Virus record (IMG/VR): IMGVR_UViG_3300020213_000017
Direction: 5' to 3' (one strand)
Length of the DNA: 64,000 bases
DNA from: an uncultured virus (IMG/VR IMGVR_UViG_3300020213_000017)
Taxonomy: Duplodnaviria; Heunggongvirae; Uroviricota; Caudoviricetes
Shown here piece after piece: positions 48,255 through 56,786 of this stretch (position 1 is its first letter; the number at the start of each line of letters is the position of its first letter). The position numbers and the translations under genes were made by a program. The notes beneath the pieces were generated by a model. That model was given only the letters and a program-made list of their open reading frames with translations, ran no database searches and had not been told where the DNA came from.

Positions 48255-48260
48255 AACAGT

Positions 48261-48587
48261 ATGAATAAGAAAATGCCCGAAACACGTCTTTCCCGCCTTT
48301 GTGCCCTTCACTCGCAGCAGGGAGGAACCATTTTTGAATTCGAGCGCCACTATAGTAAAATTCTTGACCTTTCCGATGAAGCTTTTGAGCGTCGTTTCGG
48401 CAAAGGCCCTAAACAATGGGTTTTCAATTGGGTAAATGGTGGATATAATGCCGTTATGGCTTCTACCAAGCGCGAGGCCTTGGAAATAGCCCATTTAATA
48501 TGCGATCTTGTCCCTTCTCCCGATACTTTCCGCGTAGTAGAAAGCGATGAAATGAATAGAATCGACGCCATGAATAACCAGGATTGA
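48261..48587 (+). CDS. Hypothetical protein
   Basis: Follows the cassette SD. Confidence 0.7.
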   Translation: MNKKMPETRLSRLCALHSQQGGTIFEFERHYSKILDLSDEAFERRFGKGPKQWVFNWVNGGYNAVMASTKREALEIAHLICDLVPSPDTFRVVESDEMNRIDAMNNQD

Positions 48588-48597
48588 AAAGGTGACT

Positions 48598-49305
48598 ATG
48601 GAAAAGCAAATTTTAGATAACATCCTTAAACTACATGCTATGTTTTTAAAAGATGAAGAAACTGGGGAAAGGGCAAACCTGTCTTGGGCAAACCTGATTG
48701 GGGCTGACCTGACTGGGGCAAACCTGACTGGGGCAAACCTGTTCGGGGCAATCCTGACTAGGGCAAACCTGTCTAGGGCAAGCCTGTCTGAGGCTTTCCT
48801 GACTGGGGCAAACCTATTCGGGGCAAACCTTCTTGGGGCAAACCTGTCTAAGGCAAACCTGTCTAAGGCAAACCTGACTGGGGCTGACCTGTCTCAGGCA
48901 AACCTGACCGGGGCAAACCTGTTCAAGGCTGACCTGTCTGGGGCTTTCCTGTTCAAGGCTGACCTGTCTGGGGCTGACCTGACTGGGGCAAACCTTCGCG
49001 GGGCAAACCTGTCTGGGGCAAACCTGTCTAAGACCTACCTTGCTGGGGCAAACCTGACTAGGGCAAACCTGTATTGGGCAAAACTGTCTAAGGCAAAACT
49101 GTCTAAGGCAAACCTGACTGGGGCAAACCTGTCTGGGGCAAACCTGTCTGGGGCAAACCTGACTGGGGCAAACCTGTATTGGGCAAAACTGTCTAAGGCA
49201 AAACTGTCTAAGGCAAACCTGTCTAAGGCAAACCTGTTCGGGGCTGACCTGTCTGAGGCTGACCTACGCGGGGCAAAACTGTCTGATACTATTTTGGCCG
49301 AATAA
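48598..49305 (+). CDS. Pentapeptide repeat protein 1 (42 pentads)
   Basis: A(N/D)Lxx repeats after the [13 protein letters not shown] cap. Confidence 0.92.
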   Translation: MEKQILDNILKLHAMFLKDEETGERANLSWANLIGADLTGANLTGANLFGAILTRANLSRASLSEAFLTGANLFGANLLGANLSKANLSKANLTGADLSQANLTGANLFKADLSGAFLFKADLSGADLTGANLRGANLSGANLSKTYLAGANLTRANLYWAKLSKAKLSKANLTGANLSGANLSGANLTGANLYWAKLSKAKLSKANLSKANLFGADLSEADLRGAKLSDTILAE

Positions 49306-49311
49306 CTGTCT

Positions 49312-49424
49312 AGGTGTCTACTGAATAATCTAGTGATATCAGGTACTGTCTAAAAGTTCTACAAAAGTGTTTTTTAGTGCCTTAGTGTTATCAACAACTT
49401 AGCATTGGCACTGTCAATGCATTA
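49312..49424 (+). promoter_or_regulatory. Sigma54-type promoter cassette copy 4
   Basis: 17-mer at 49347-63; IHF consensus at 49389-401; GG 49407-8 / GC 49419-20. Confidence 0.78.
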
Positions 49425-49471
49425 CGTACTGTATGAAAGTCTTTGAAGTTATCAATTATTGAGGAGATATC

Positions 49472-49663
49472 ATGTATAAAGTAAAGTTTATGAAGTATAT
49501 CGTAAAAGGTCCACTAAAAGGCATTGCAATTGATACAGTTTTGACTTTTGCCACGTTAAGCGCTGCAATGGATTATATGGGCTTCTTGATGAAACATACC
49601 AAAAAGCCTGTTAGCGCAATTGGTAATGGTGATTATACATGCCACGTAATTAGGATGGAATAG
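49472..49663 (+). CDS. Hypothetical protein
   Basis: GAGGAG SD. Confidence 0.65.
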   Translation: MYKVKFMKYIVKGPLKGIAIDTVLTFATLSAAMDYMGFLMKHTKKPVSAIGNGDYTCHVIRME

Positions 49664-49670
49664 AGGAAAT

Positions 49671-49892
49671 ATGAGAAAAACATATTGGATACGCAAATGC
49701 TATGCCTATAAGCAAGCAATTGATTCTGTGAAAACTTCAAGCTTGAAAGAGGCGCATAGGCTAGCCCTACAAGCAAGCAATGAAAGCGATGTTACTATAA
49801 GCTATCTTTTGACTAATGATATCTATGGCGAAATTTTTGTCGATACCTACAGGCATGGGATAGCGGCAAGCCTTTTCCATACACAATTTTAG
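49671..49892 (+). CDS. Hypothetical protein
   Basis: GAGGA SD. Confidence 0.65.
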   Translation: MRKTYWIRKCYAYKQAIDSVKTSSLKEAHRLALQASNESDVTISYLLTNDIYGEIFVDTYRHGIAASLFHTQF

Positions 49893-49901
49893 GAGTTAAA
49901 T

Positions 49902-50279
49902 ATGCTTAATAAAGAAGCTTTTATATACGAAATGGTTCAACACTATATTGTGTGCGCTTTATGGTCCAGCCTTGATGAATCAAATGAGTCAGGCGGGGTA
50001 CCTCTTGAAAGAAATTACGACGCTGACGATATCGCGCCTGAATCCTATGCCAAGGCGCTAAAAGATTGTGAACAGTTCGTAGAACAGAATGCTGCACTAT
50101 TAGAGGGATTGTGCGCCGATCAAACGGGCCATGATTTTTGGTTAACTCGTAATCGGCATGGAGTAGGCTTTTGGGATAGGGGCCTTGGCGACATTGGGGA
50201 CAAACTAACCGACGCTTGCAAAAAGTTTGGAGAACAGCACGCCATTGTCGGCGGCGATGGGCAAATTTATTTAGAATAA
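49902..50279 (+). CDS. Conserved phage early protein of unknown function
   Basis: ALWSS and GHDFWLTRNRHGVGFWDR motif, recalled from many phage hypothetical proteins; AGGAG SD. Confidence 0.75.
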   Translation: MLNKEAFIYEMVQHYIVCALWSSLDESNESGGVPLERNYDADDIAPESYAKALKDCEQFVEQNAALLEGLCADQTGHDFWLTRNRHGVGFWDRGLGDIGDKLTDACKKFGEQHAIVGGDGQIYLE

Positions 50280-50295
50280 CATTTAGGAGTTAAAT

Positions 50296-50490
50296 ATGCA
50301 ATTAAATAGAGCAATGAGAAGAATTGAGCACAATGGAATGACAGTTTCGTTGGTTGCTGTATACGATTATGAACAAGATCATGCAGGTTATGAGGTGACC
50401 AAAACATTGGAAGGTCAGATACTTCACCGCGAAACCATTGACAGTTTCGATAGTGCTGTAGAAACTATAAGACTTTGGCCATGGAAATAG
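50296..50490 (+). CDS. Hypothetical protein
   Basis: Same TTTAGGAGTTAAATATG leader as 49902. Confidence 0.65.
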   Translation: MQLNRAMRRIEHNGMTVSLVAVYDYEQDHAGYEVTKTLEGQILHRETIDSFDSAVETIRLWPWK

Positions 50491-50540
50491 GCGCATACGA
50501 TCAATTGAAAAATGGTAATGATATTGTGGCATAACTGTAT

Positions 50541-50652
50541 AGGTGACTACTGAATTATTCAATGATATCAGGTACTGTCTAAAAGTTCTACAAAAGTGTT
50601 TTTTAGCATCTAGTAATATCACGTAGTTATGTTTGGCATTGTCAATGCATTA
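50541..50652 (+). promoter_or_regulatory. Sigma54-type promoter cassette copy 5
   Basis: 17-mer at 50576-92; GG 50635-6 / GC 50647-8. Confidence 0.75.
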
Positions 50653-50659
50653 CTACTAA

Positions 50660-50800
50660 TAAGTGATTGGCAAGGATACGCAGCGGATAAGTCAGACGAA
50701 TATCGGTTAACTAGAAGCTGTAAATAGGGGCCAAGGGCAAGCGGGCGAAGTCGCCGAACTAATTCGGAATACTACTAGCAGTAACCGCGCAGCTAGACTT
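50660..50800 (+). ncRNA. Candidate structured ncRNA or long leader
   Basis: Starts at the predicted +1 of cassette 5; GC-richer than flanks, no plausible ORF, several short helices. Confidence 0.35.
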
Positions 50801-50812
50801 TTAAGGGGATAT

Positions 50813-51025
50813 ATGAACAAAATAGAGCAAAGCAAAACAGAAATACTCAGAGCATTTGCCAAACGTGTGCCGAATGCTCAAAGCATGGCCATAGATTATG
50901 GCCGTGATACTTTGACAGTATGGTTCGATGGTATTCATTCCAAGGAATACAAAGCAAGCACTATCCTTGATGCATTGGTTCAAGGCGCTTTGAAACAAGG
51001 CTTTGAAGTTGTATGGAAGGGCTAA
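50813..51025 (+). CDS. Hypothetical protein
   Basis: AAGGGG SD. Confidence 0.65.
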   Translation: MNKIEQSKTEILRAFAKRVPNAQSMAIDYGRDTLTVWFDGIHSKEYKASTILDALVQGALKQGFEVVWKG

Positions 51026-51444
51026 ACTATGAACAAGAAAACATTGTTTTACATGGGAGAATAATTATGCTTAAGTGTGATATGTTTAAGGATTGCAAGG
51101 CTACTGTCAGCTATATTGACACAAAAGGTTATTTATATTGCGCAATTCATGGCGTTATGCGTAAACACCATGTTTCTTGTCGCAAGCTAAAGTCAAAGGA
51201 AATTGAGCGTTTGCGGGAAGGGCTACCTTTGCTAACCAAAACGCAATTAAAGTTTGATAATATCCTTGACCTTTGCGCTGAAAGTGAAATTGAGATTGTA
51301 TCTCATGGCTTAGCGCCTAATCCTAATGGGTTCTGCTATGAGAGAGGTGAAAAGACAACTGAAAAGCAATGCGCCAAGCTTGAAGTTCTTTTGAACGCCT
51401 TAACATTATATGAACAAATGGAATTCATCAAACAGACCTTTTGA
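51013..51444 (+). CDS. Hypothetical protein with Cys/His cluster
   Basis: C....C...YC..H motif; start uncertain. Confidence 0.6.
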   Translation: MEGLNYEQENIVLHGRIIMLKCDMFKDCKATVSYIDTKGYLYCAIHGVMRKHHVSCRKLKSKEIERLREGLPLLTKTQLKFDNILDLCAESEIEIVSHGLAPNPNGFCYERGEKTTEKQCAKLEVLLNALTLYEQMEFIKQTF

Positions 51445-51491
51445 TAGTTAACTAATCTAATTGATCTTATTATTTTAATAAAGAGGTAAAT

Positions 51492-51725
51492 ATGAAAACT
51501 GAAGCCAAAATACAATGCTATAAGATGACTTTTGAAGCAATCCAAAGTGTGCGGAAAGAACTAGCACAATGCAATCAAAACGACACTAGGGAAATGAGTG
51601 AAATAATGCTGCGCCTTGCTAGTCTTTATGAGTCAATCGATGCCCTTCGTTTCGTGGAATGCATGGTCGAACTAGAGCAAAACAATAGCAATATTCTAAA
51701 AGTGAATTTTAGCAAAGCTGCTTAA
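51492..51725 (+). CDS. Hypothetical protein
   Basis: AAGAGGT SD. Confidence 0.65.
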   Translation: MKTEAKIQCYKMTFEAIQSVRKELAQCNQNDTREMSEIMLRLASLYESIDALRFVECMVELEQNNSNILKVNFSKAA

Positions 51726-51744
51726 CTTAATTAAAAGGAAATAT

Positions 51745-52194
51745 ATGAAAACTATACAAGAATTAGCCGCTGATTATTTGAAACAATTTGAGCATAAAAA
51801 ACGCATTAATGGCGCTAGTTTCTATTCTTTAAAAGATAGCGCGCCTAAAGAATTAAAAGAATTGGTTCAGGCGGCTCACGAGGGAATGTCTCCCGATGAC
51901 TATAAATATGAATATGCTCTAGATGCCCTGTATATGCTATCTGAGTCAGAAAACGATGGTATGGAAAACAGAATAAATGAAATTGAAGCAGATAGCTATA
52001 CAAGTGATCTTTTAGCATGGGTATCAAGTAATCTTGAGCGTTTGGGCTACGTCGATGAGCAAGCCCGAGAACTGGGCCATAGTGCCATTGGCGCAGCAGG
52101 TGATTTGATGCAAGGTCAAGTTTACGAGCGCGTAAAAATTGCAAACAGTGTTTTTGACTCTATGCGTGAAATTATGGATGAGATGGGGGCATAA
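51745..52194 (+). CDS. Putative Ocr-like (T7 gp0.3-like) DNA-mimic protein
   Basis: Acidic helical protein. INEIEADSYTSDLLAWV...LMQGQVYE resembles, from memory, the Ocr IH..AD....YY.DI....ILQARIYE pattern. Confidence 0.45.
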   Translation: MKTIQELAADYLKQFEHKKRINGASFYSLKDSAPKELKELVQAAHEGMSPDDYKYEYALDALYMLSESENDGMENRINEIEADSYTSDLLAWVSSNLERLGYVDEQARELGHSAIGAAGDLMQGQVYERVKIANSVFDSMREIMDEMGA

Positions 52195-52580
52195 TGCTAA
52201 CTATTGACTCAATTGCAGGTAGTTATGAATTTTCGGATATCCATGGCGTTTTCAAAGCTTTTAAAGGCGCTGTATATGTCAAACTGATTACTGGAAATAC
52301 GGCAGAATTGCTAGATATGGATGCAATTTCAGTACGCTTGCGTTTCAACAATATAACACATTCTAATCATGATTCTATAGTTTTGATAGACCTTGACGAA
52401 TTTAGAAATTACTGGGCAATGACTGATGCAAAAAATGAACCAACGATAAAACCTCAAAGCCTTTGCGATTGTGGCGGATACAAAACAGGTTTTAAAGATT
52501 ATACAAGGCAGCATTCGCAGTGGTGCAAGGTTTACCGTTACACTGGCTACATTGACAAAACCATACCCAAAAAACAATAA
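52194..52580 (+). CDS. Hypothetical protein with C-terminal CxCG...HS.WC motif
   Basis: TAATG coupling; CDCGG...HSQWC. Confidence 0.65.
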   Translation: MLTIDSIAGSYEFSDIHGVFKAFKGAVYVKLITGNTAELLDMDAISVRLRFNNITHSNHDSIVLIDLDEFRNYWAMTDAKNEPTIKPQSLCDCGGYKTGFKDYTRQHSQWCKVYRYTGYIDKTIPKKQ

Positions 52581-52680
52581 GAGTGGCATGATTGTTGCAA
52601 AAGCAAAATTGTCGTACCTTCAAGCCTAATCACTTGGCTTGAAGTATTCATTAGAACAGGGCCAGTGGTCAGGTATTGTA

Positions 52681-52776
52681 CGATTGTCTAAAAGTTCTAC
52701 AAAAGTGTTTTTTAGCATCTAATGTTATCACGTAGTTATGTTTGGCACCGTCAATGCATTGTATAGTTAAGAGGTG
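52681..52776 (+). promoter_or_regulatory. Sigma54-type promoter cassette copy 6
   Basis: 17-mer at 52685-701; TTTGGCACCGTCAATGCA with GG 52744-5 / GC 52756-7. Confidence 0.78.
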
Positions 52777-52779
52777 ACT

Positions 52780-53415
52780 ATGAAAAAGCAAATTTTAGAT
52801 AACATCCTTAAACTACACGCTATGTTTTTAAAAGGTGAAAAGGCTGGGGAAAGGGCAAACCTGACCGGGGCAAACCTTTACGGGGCTGACCTGGCTTTAG
52901 CAAACCTATCTGGGGCAAACCTGACTGGGGCTATCCTGTTCGGGGCTGACCTGACTAAGGCTGACCTGTCTGGGGCTTTCCTGTTCAAGGCTGACCTGGC
53001 TTTAGCAAACCTGTCTGGGGCAAACCTATTCGGGGCTGACCTGGCCAGGGCAAACCTGACTGGGGCTTTCCTGACTGGGGCAAACCTTGCTGGGGCAAAC
53101 CTGATTAGGGCTGACCTGTCTGGGGTTGACCTGTCTGAGGCTGACCTGTTTGGGGCTGACCTGACCAAGGCAAACCTGTCTGGGGCAAACCTACGCGGGG
53201 CAAACCTGGCTAAGGCTGACCTGTTCGAGGCAAACCTGTCTCAGGCAAGCCTGTCTGGGGCAAACCTACGCGGGGCTGACCTGACTTGGGCCGTCCTGTT
53301 TGGGGCTGACCTGACCAAGGCAAACTTGATCGGGGCTGACCTGTTCGGGACAAACCTTCGCGGGGCAAACCTGACTGATACTATCCTGACTGATACTATC
53401 CTGGCCGATAAGTAA
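52780..53415 (+). CDS. Pentapeptide repeat protein 2 (37 pentads)
   Basis: Same caps and repeat units as the other paralogs. Confidence 0.92.
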   Translation: MKKQILDNILKLHAMFLKGEKAGERANLTGANLYGADLALANLSGANLTGAILFGADLTKADLSGAFLFKADLALANLSGANLFGADLARANLTGAFLTGANLAGANLIRADLSGVDLSEADLFGADLTKANLSGANLRGANLAKADLFEANLSQASLSGANLRGADLTWAVLFGADLTKANLIGADLFGTNLRGANLTDTILTDTILADK

Positions 53416-53430
53416 ATTTAGGGAGCGAAT

Positions 53431-53817
53431 ATGATTAGGTTTTTAGATTGTGTGACAGTGTATCGCGTGGAAAAAAACGGGCTAGGGCCGTATTGTGGGA
53501 GTTTCCCTATCGTAGGGCATGGGGTATCCGAATGGACAACTAGGACGCACAGCTTTGAAACGGGCTGTCCTGGGCCTTATGATGATGGGCTAAATAAGCA
53601 TTTGGAATCACGTCTTGGAAATGATCCCTACCATGTTTTTGGCTTTATTTCTCTTGAGCAATTTGCAAAATGGTTTAATTCTAAAGAACTGTACAATTTA
53701 ACAGATCTTGGCTTTAGGCTTAGTGTGTATCATGCAAGCAATGTTATAACGTCAGACTTTCAATGTATTTTTTTTAAACATGAAGCCGTTTTAGAAAAAG
53801 AATGTAACTTAATTTAA
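53431..53817 (+). CDS. Conserved phage hypothetical protein
   Basis: VYRVE...GPY...FGF.S.EQ...WF pattern; GGGAG SD. Confidence 0.7.
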   Translation: MIRFLDCVTVYRVEKNGLGPYCGSFPIVGHGVSEWTTRTHSFETGCPGPYDDGLNKHLESRLGNDPYHVFGFISLEQFAKWFNSKELYNLTDLGFRLSVYHASNVITSDFQCIFFKHEAVLEKECNLI

Positions 53818-53829
53818 CAAAGGGGCATT

Positions 53830-54048
53830 ATGCTGTCAAAATATGAACTCTCATGCGGATACTTGCAAGAAAAAGAAAAAAAGGGTTACAGGGTAACGCT
53901 TTGGATGGAGCATGATTGCTATCATGTTAGAACGTATAACCACAAAAATGGTGTTAGAGTTGCTTGGGATTGCGCTGATACCTTCATTGACGCTAAAAAG
54001 TTATACAAAAGGCACTGTTTAGGCATTGAACAATTGACCAAACAATAA
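53830..54048 (+). CDS. Hypothetical protein
   Basis: AAGGGG SD. Confidence 0.65.
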   Translation: MLSKYELSCGYLQEKEKKGYRVTLWMEHDCYHVRTYNHKNGVRVAWDCADTFIDAKKLYKRHCLGIEQLTKQ

Positions 54049-54060
54049 TCGGTATTGAAG

Positions 54061-54126
54061 TTTAGCATCTAATGATATCACGTAGTTATGTTTGGCACCG
54101 TCAATGCATTGTATAGTAAAGAGGTG
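54061..54126 (+). promoter_or_regulatory. Sigma54-type promoter cassette copy 7 (5'-truncated)
   Basis: IHF-like site plus GG 54094-5 / GC 54106-7; only a TGACCAAA half-site upstream. Confidence 0.72.
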
Positions 54127-54129
54127 ACT

Positions 54130-54939
54130 ATGAATAAGCAAATTTTAGATAACATCCTTAAACTACACGCTATATTTTTAAAAGGTGGAGAAAGTGGCGA
54201 AAGGGCAAACCTGTCTGGGGTTGACCTACGCGGGGCAAACCTGGCTAAGGTTGACCTGACTTTAGCAAACCTGACTGGGGCAAACCTGTCTGAGGCAAAT
54301 ATGTCTTGGACTGACCTGTCTCAGGCAAACCTGACTGGGGTTGACCTACGCGGGGCAAACCTGTCTGGGACCTACCTTCTTGGGGCAAACCTGTCTAGGG
54401 CTTTCCTGGCTAAAGCAAAACTGTCTCAGGCAAACCTGTTCGAGGCAAACCTGACCAAGGCTGACCTGTCTGAGGCAAACCTGTCTGGGGCAAGCCTGTC
54501 TGGGGCAAACCTGACTAGGGCAAACCTGACTAAGGCAAACCTGGCCAAGGCAAACCTGACTAGGGCAAACCTGACTAGGGCTGACCTGTCTTGGACAAAC
54601 CTGACTGGGGCTGACCTGTCTGGGGCTATCCTGTCTGGGGCTATCCTGTCTGGGGCTGACCTGTCTGGGGCTATCCTGTCTGGGGCTGACCTGTCTGGGG
54701 CTGACTTGTCTGGTACTATTTTGGCCGATAAGGAAATTTTAAGTTTTCAGTTTGAAAAACACACTGCTTATTTTTTCGGATTAAATGAAATTGCTATAGG
54801 CTGTCACAAAAATACTATTTCTTTTTGGCTTGAAAACTTTAAAGAAATAGGCAGAGAAGAAGGTTATACAGAAAAACAAGTTGAAATGTATGGTAATTTC
54901 ATTAAAACCTGTGCAGATATTTTTAAAAAGCAAATTTGA
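54130..54939 (+). CDS. Pentapeptide repeat protein 3 (35 pentads) with a ~69-aa C-terminal domain
   Basis: True start at 54130 after GAGGTG; C-terminal ...IAIGCHKNTISFW... extension. Confidence 0.92.
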   Translation: MNKQILDNILKLHAIFLKGGESGERANLSGVDLRGANLAKVDLTLANLTGANLSEANMSWTDLSQANLTGVDLRGANLSGTYLLGANLSRAFLAKAKLSQANLFEANLTKADLSEANLSGASLSGANLTRANLTKANLAKANLTRANLTRADLSWTNLTGADLSGAILSGAILSGADLSGAILSGADLSGADLSGTILADKEILSFQFEKHTAYFFGLNEIAIGCHKNTISFWLENFKEIGREEGYTEKQVEMYGNFIKTCADIFKKQI

Positions 54940-54948
54940 GGTGAATGT

Positions 54949-55137
54949 ATGAAGACCGTTAAAACTATAAAATTGAATTTGACAGTTAAAGAGGTGAGTT
55001 TGCTATTAAAAGCCTTGCCCTATGTTGGTGATAGAGAAATAGAAGAAGAAGTTGATTTTGATGAACGCATGGGGCATAAATGCGATACTCTGACAGATAA
55101 AATAGAAAAACAATTGAACAAACAAAAACAAAATTAG
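54949..55137 (+). CDS. Hypothetical protein
   Basis: GAGGTG SD. Confidence 0.65.
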   Translation: MKTVKTIKLNLTVKEVSLLLKALPYVGDREIEEEVDFDERMGHKCDTLTDKIEKQLNKQKQN

Positions 55138-55143
55138 GTGAAT

Positions 55144-55656
55144 ATGGAAAAGCAAATTTTAGATAACATCCTTAAGCTGCATGCTATATTTTTAAAAGAT
55201 GAAAAGGCTGGGGAAAGGGCAAACCTGACTGAGGCAAACCTGTCTGAGGCTGACCTTCGTGGGGCAAACCTGTCTGAGGCTGACCTGACTAGGGCAAACC
55301 TGACTGGGGCAAACCTGTTCGGGGCAAGCCTGTTCGGGGCTTTCCTGACTGGGGCAAGCCTGTTCGGGGCAAACCTGTCTAAGGCAAACCTGACTGGGGC
55401 TGACCTGTCTGAGGCTGACCTGTCTGAGGCTGACCTGTCTGGGGTTGACCTTTCTAGGGCAAGCCTTTACGGGGCTGACCTGACTAGGGCTGACCTTTCT
55501 AGGGCAAGCCTTTACGGGTCTGACCTGACCAGGGCTGACCTGACCAAAGCAAACCTGTCTTGGGCTGACCTGTCTGGGGCAAGCCTGTCTAAGGCTGACC
55601 TGTCTGGGGCAAGCCTGTCTGGTACTATTTTGGCCGATAAGGCTAAGATCGAATAA
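55144..55656 (+). CDS. Pentapeptide repeat protein 4 (28 pentads)
   Basis: Same caps and repeat units. Confidence 0.92.
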   Translation: MEKQILDNILKLHAIFLKDEKAGERANLTEANLSEADLRGANLSEADLTRANLTGANLFGASLFGAFLTGASLFGANLSKANLTGADLSEADLSEADLSGVDLSRASLYGADLTRADLSRASLYGSDLTRADLTKANLSWADLSGASLSKADLSGASLSGTILADKAKIE

Positions 55657-55664
55657 GCATTGTA

Positions 55665-55773
55665 CGATTGACCAAAAGTTCTACAGGATTGAAGCCTTGA
55701 TGAAATTGGTTAACTTAATGAAATTAGGCTTTTAACTTTTGGCATAACCAGTGCATTATACTTAATAAGAGGT
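55665..55773 (+). promoter_or_regulatory. Sigma54-type promoter cassette copy 8 (diverged)
   Basis: TGACCAAAAGTTCTACA at 55669-85; TTGGCATAACCAGTGCA with GG 55741-2 / GC 55753-4. Confidence 0.7.
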
Positions 55774-55778
55774 GATAA

Positions 55779-56756
55779 ATGAAACGATTGATTAAATTCC
55801 ATAGTCCTTATGAATCTGACGGTGCAAAGTTCTCTTCTTGTTCTACCAAGTTTGAAGTTCTGCCCGAATTGGTTGATGATAGCGCAGGTCTACCCGAGCT
55901 AAAAGCGTTGGCGGAAAAGCTTGGCCTACGCGTTGGCGAAAAAGCGTTAACCTTTGAGGTTAAGGAATATTCCAAACATACACAGGTAACCCATGCTATG
56001 GATATGGTGGAAAAGATCGTGAAACCTAAAATGTTTTGCGGCGATAAGCAAGAGTTTTCTACGGTTTATATCGGCTTTGTAACCCTTCAGGATAAGGGCA
56101 CGCTTAAGCCTACCAATAAGATCGTCAAGCGCATCACTAAAGATCAAGCGCAAGAAATTATTAACAATGGAGAATATGGCATTTCGCAAGTAGGCGAACA
56201 CGCTCAAGAGGACAAAAATGTTCTAGTTAAGGAAGGCTGGAATTATTACAGTGTTATGCGCTTGCTTGGGTATCACCATGAGCAATTCGAGGAAGTTGCA
56301 AATGTAGAGGACTATGGTTTTGAGGACGATACCACAAGATGCGATGAATGCGGAATGTTGGATAGCAATGATGATGGCTATGTCTACAATTTCAGGCATG
56401 TTGAAGACCTCGGAATGTTGGGCACTAATTGTGGATGCTTTGACGAACACTGCAAATTAAACTTTGCCGATACCTACGCTAACAATCCTAAACAGGCAAT
56501 TGAACGCGCTGCCGCTACCGATTTGGAAAACGAGGGCAAGATTGAACGCCTTGAAACTTTCATTGGCGGCATGGTAGACGGTAGAGGGGGGTACTTTGAA
56601 GGCAAGCCTACGCGGGAAGGTACACCAGAAGCAATTTTGCGGGAATATCAAGAGAAGATGCCTGAAAAAACTTTCATGTTTATTCATGAAGAAAGCGGAC
56701 AATTTCAGCAATACTTTTCTATCGCTGAAATTATGCCTGAAAAAAAGGCGGCCTAG
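55779..56756 (+). CDS. Hypothetical acidic protein with CxxC...CxC cluster
   Basis: 325-aa ORF with GAGGTG SD. Confidence 0.8.
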   Translation: MKRLIKFHSPYESDGAKFSSCSTKFEVLPELVDDSAGLPELKALAEKLGLRVGEKALTFEVKEYSKHTQVTHAMDMVEKIVKPKMFCGDKQEFSTVYIGFVTLQDKGTLKPTNKIVKRITKDQAQEIINNGEYGISQVGEHAQEDKNVLVKEGWNYYSVMRLLGYHHEQFEEVANVEDYGFEDDTTRCDECGMLDSNDDGYVYNFRHVEDLGMLGTNCGCFDEHCKLNFADTYANNPKQAIERAAATDLENEGKIERLETFIGGMVDGRGGYFEGKPTREGTPEAILREYQEKMPEKTFMFIHEESGQFQQYFSIAEIMPEKKAA

Positions 56757-56786
56757 CACAATAATGATTTTTAGGAGAAAGAAGCT

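Noticed and set aside
54088..54129. N-terminal extension MFGTVNALYSKEVT of paralog 3
   Set aside because: It is the translated -24/-12 promoter and SD; the true start is 54130.
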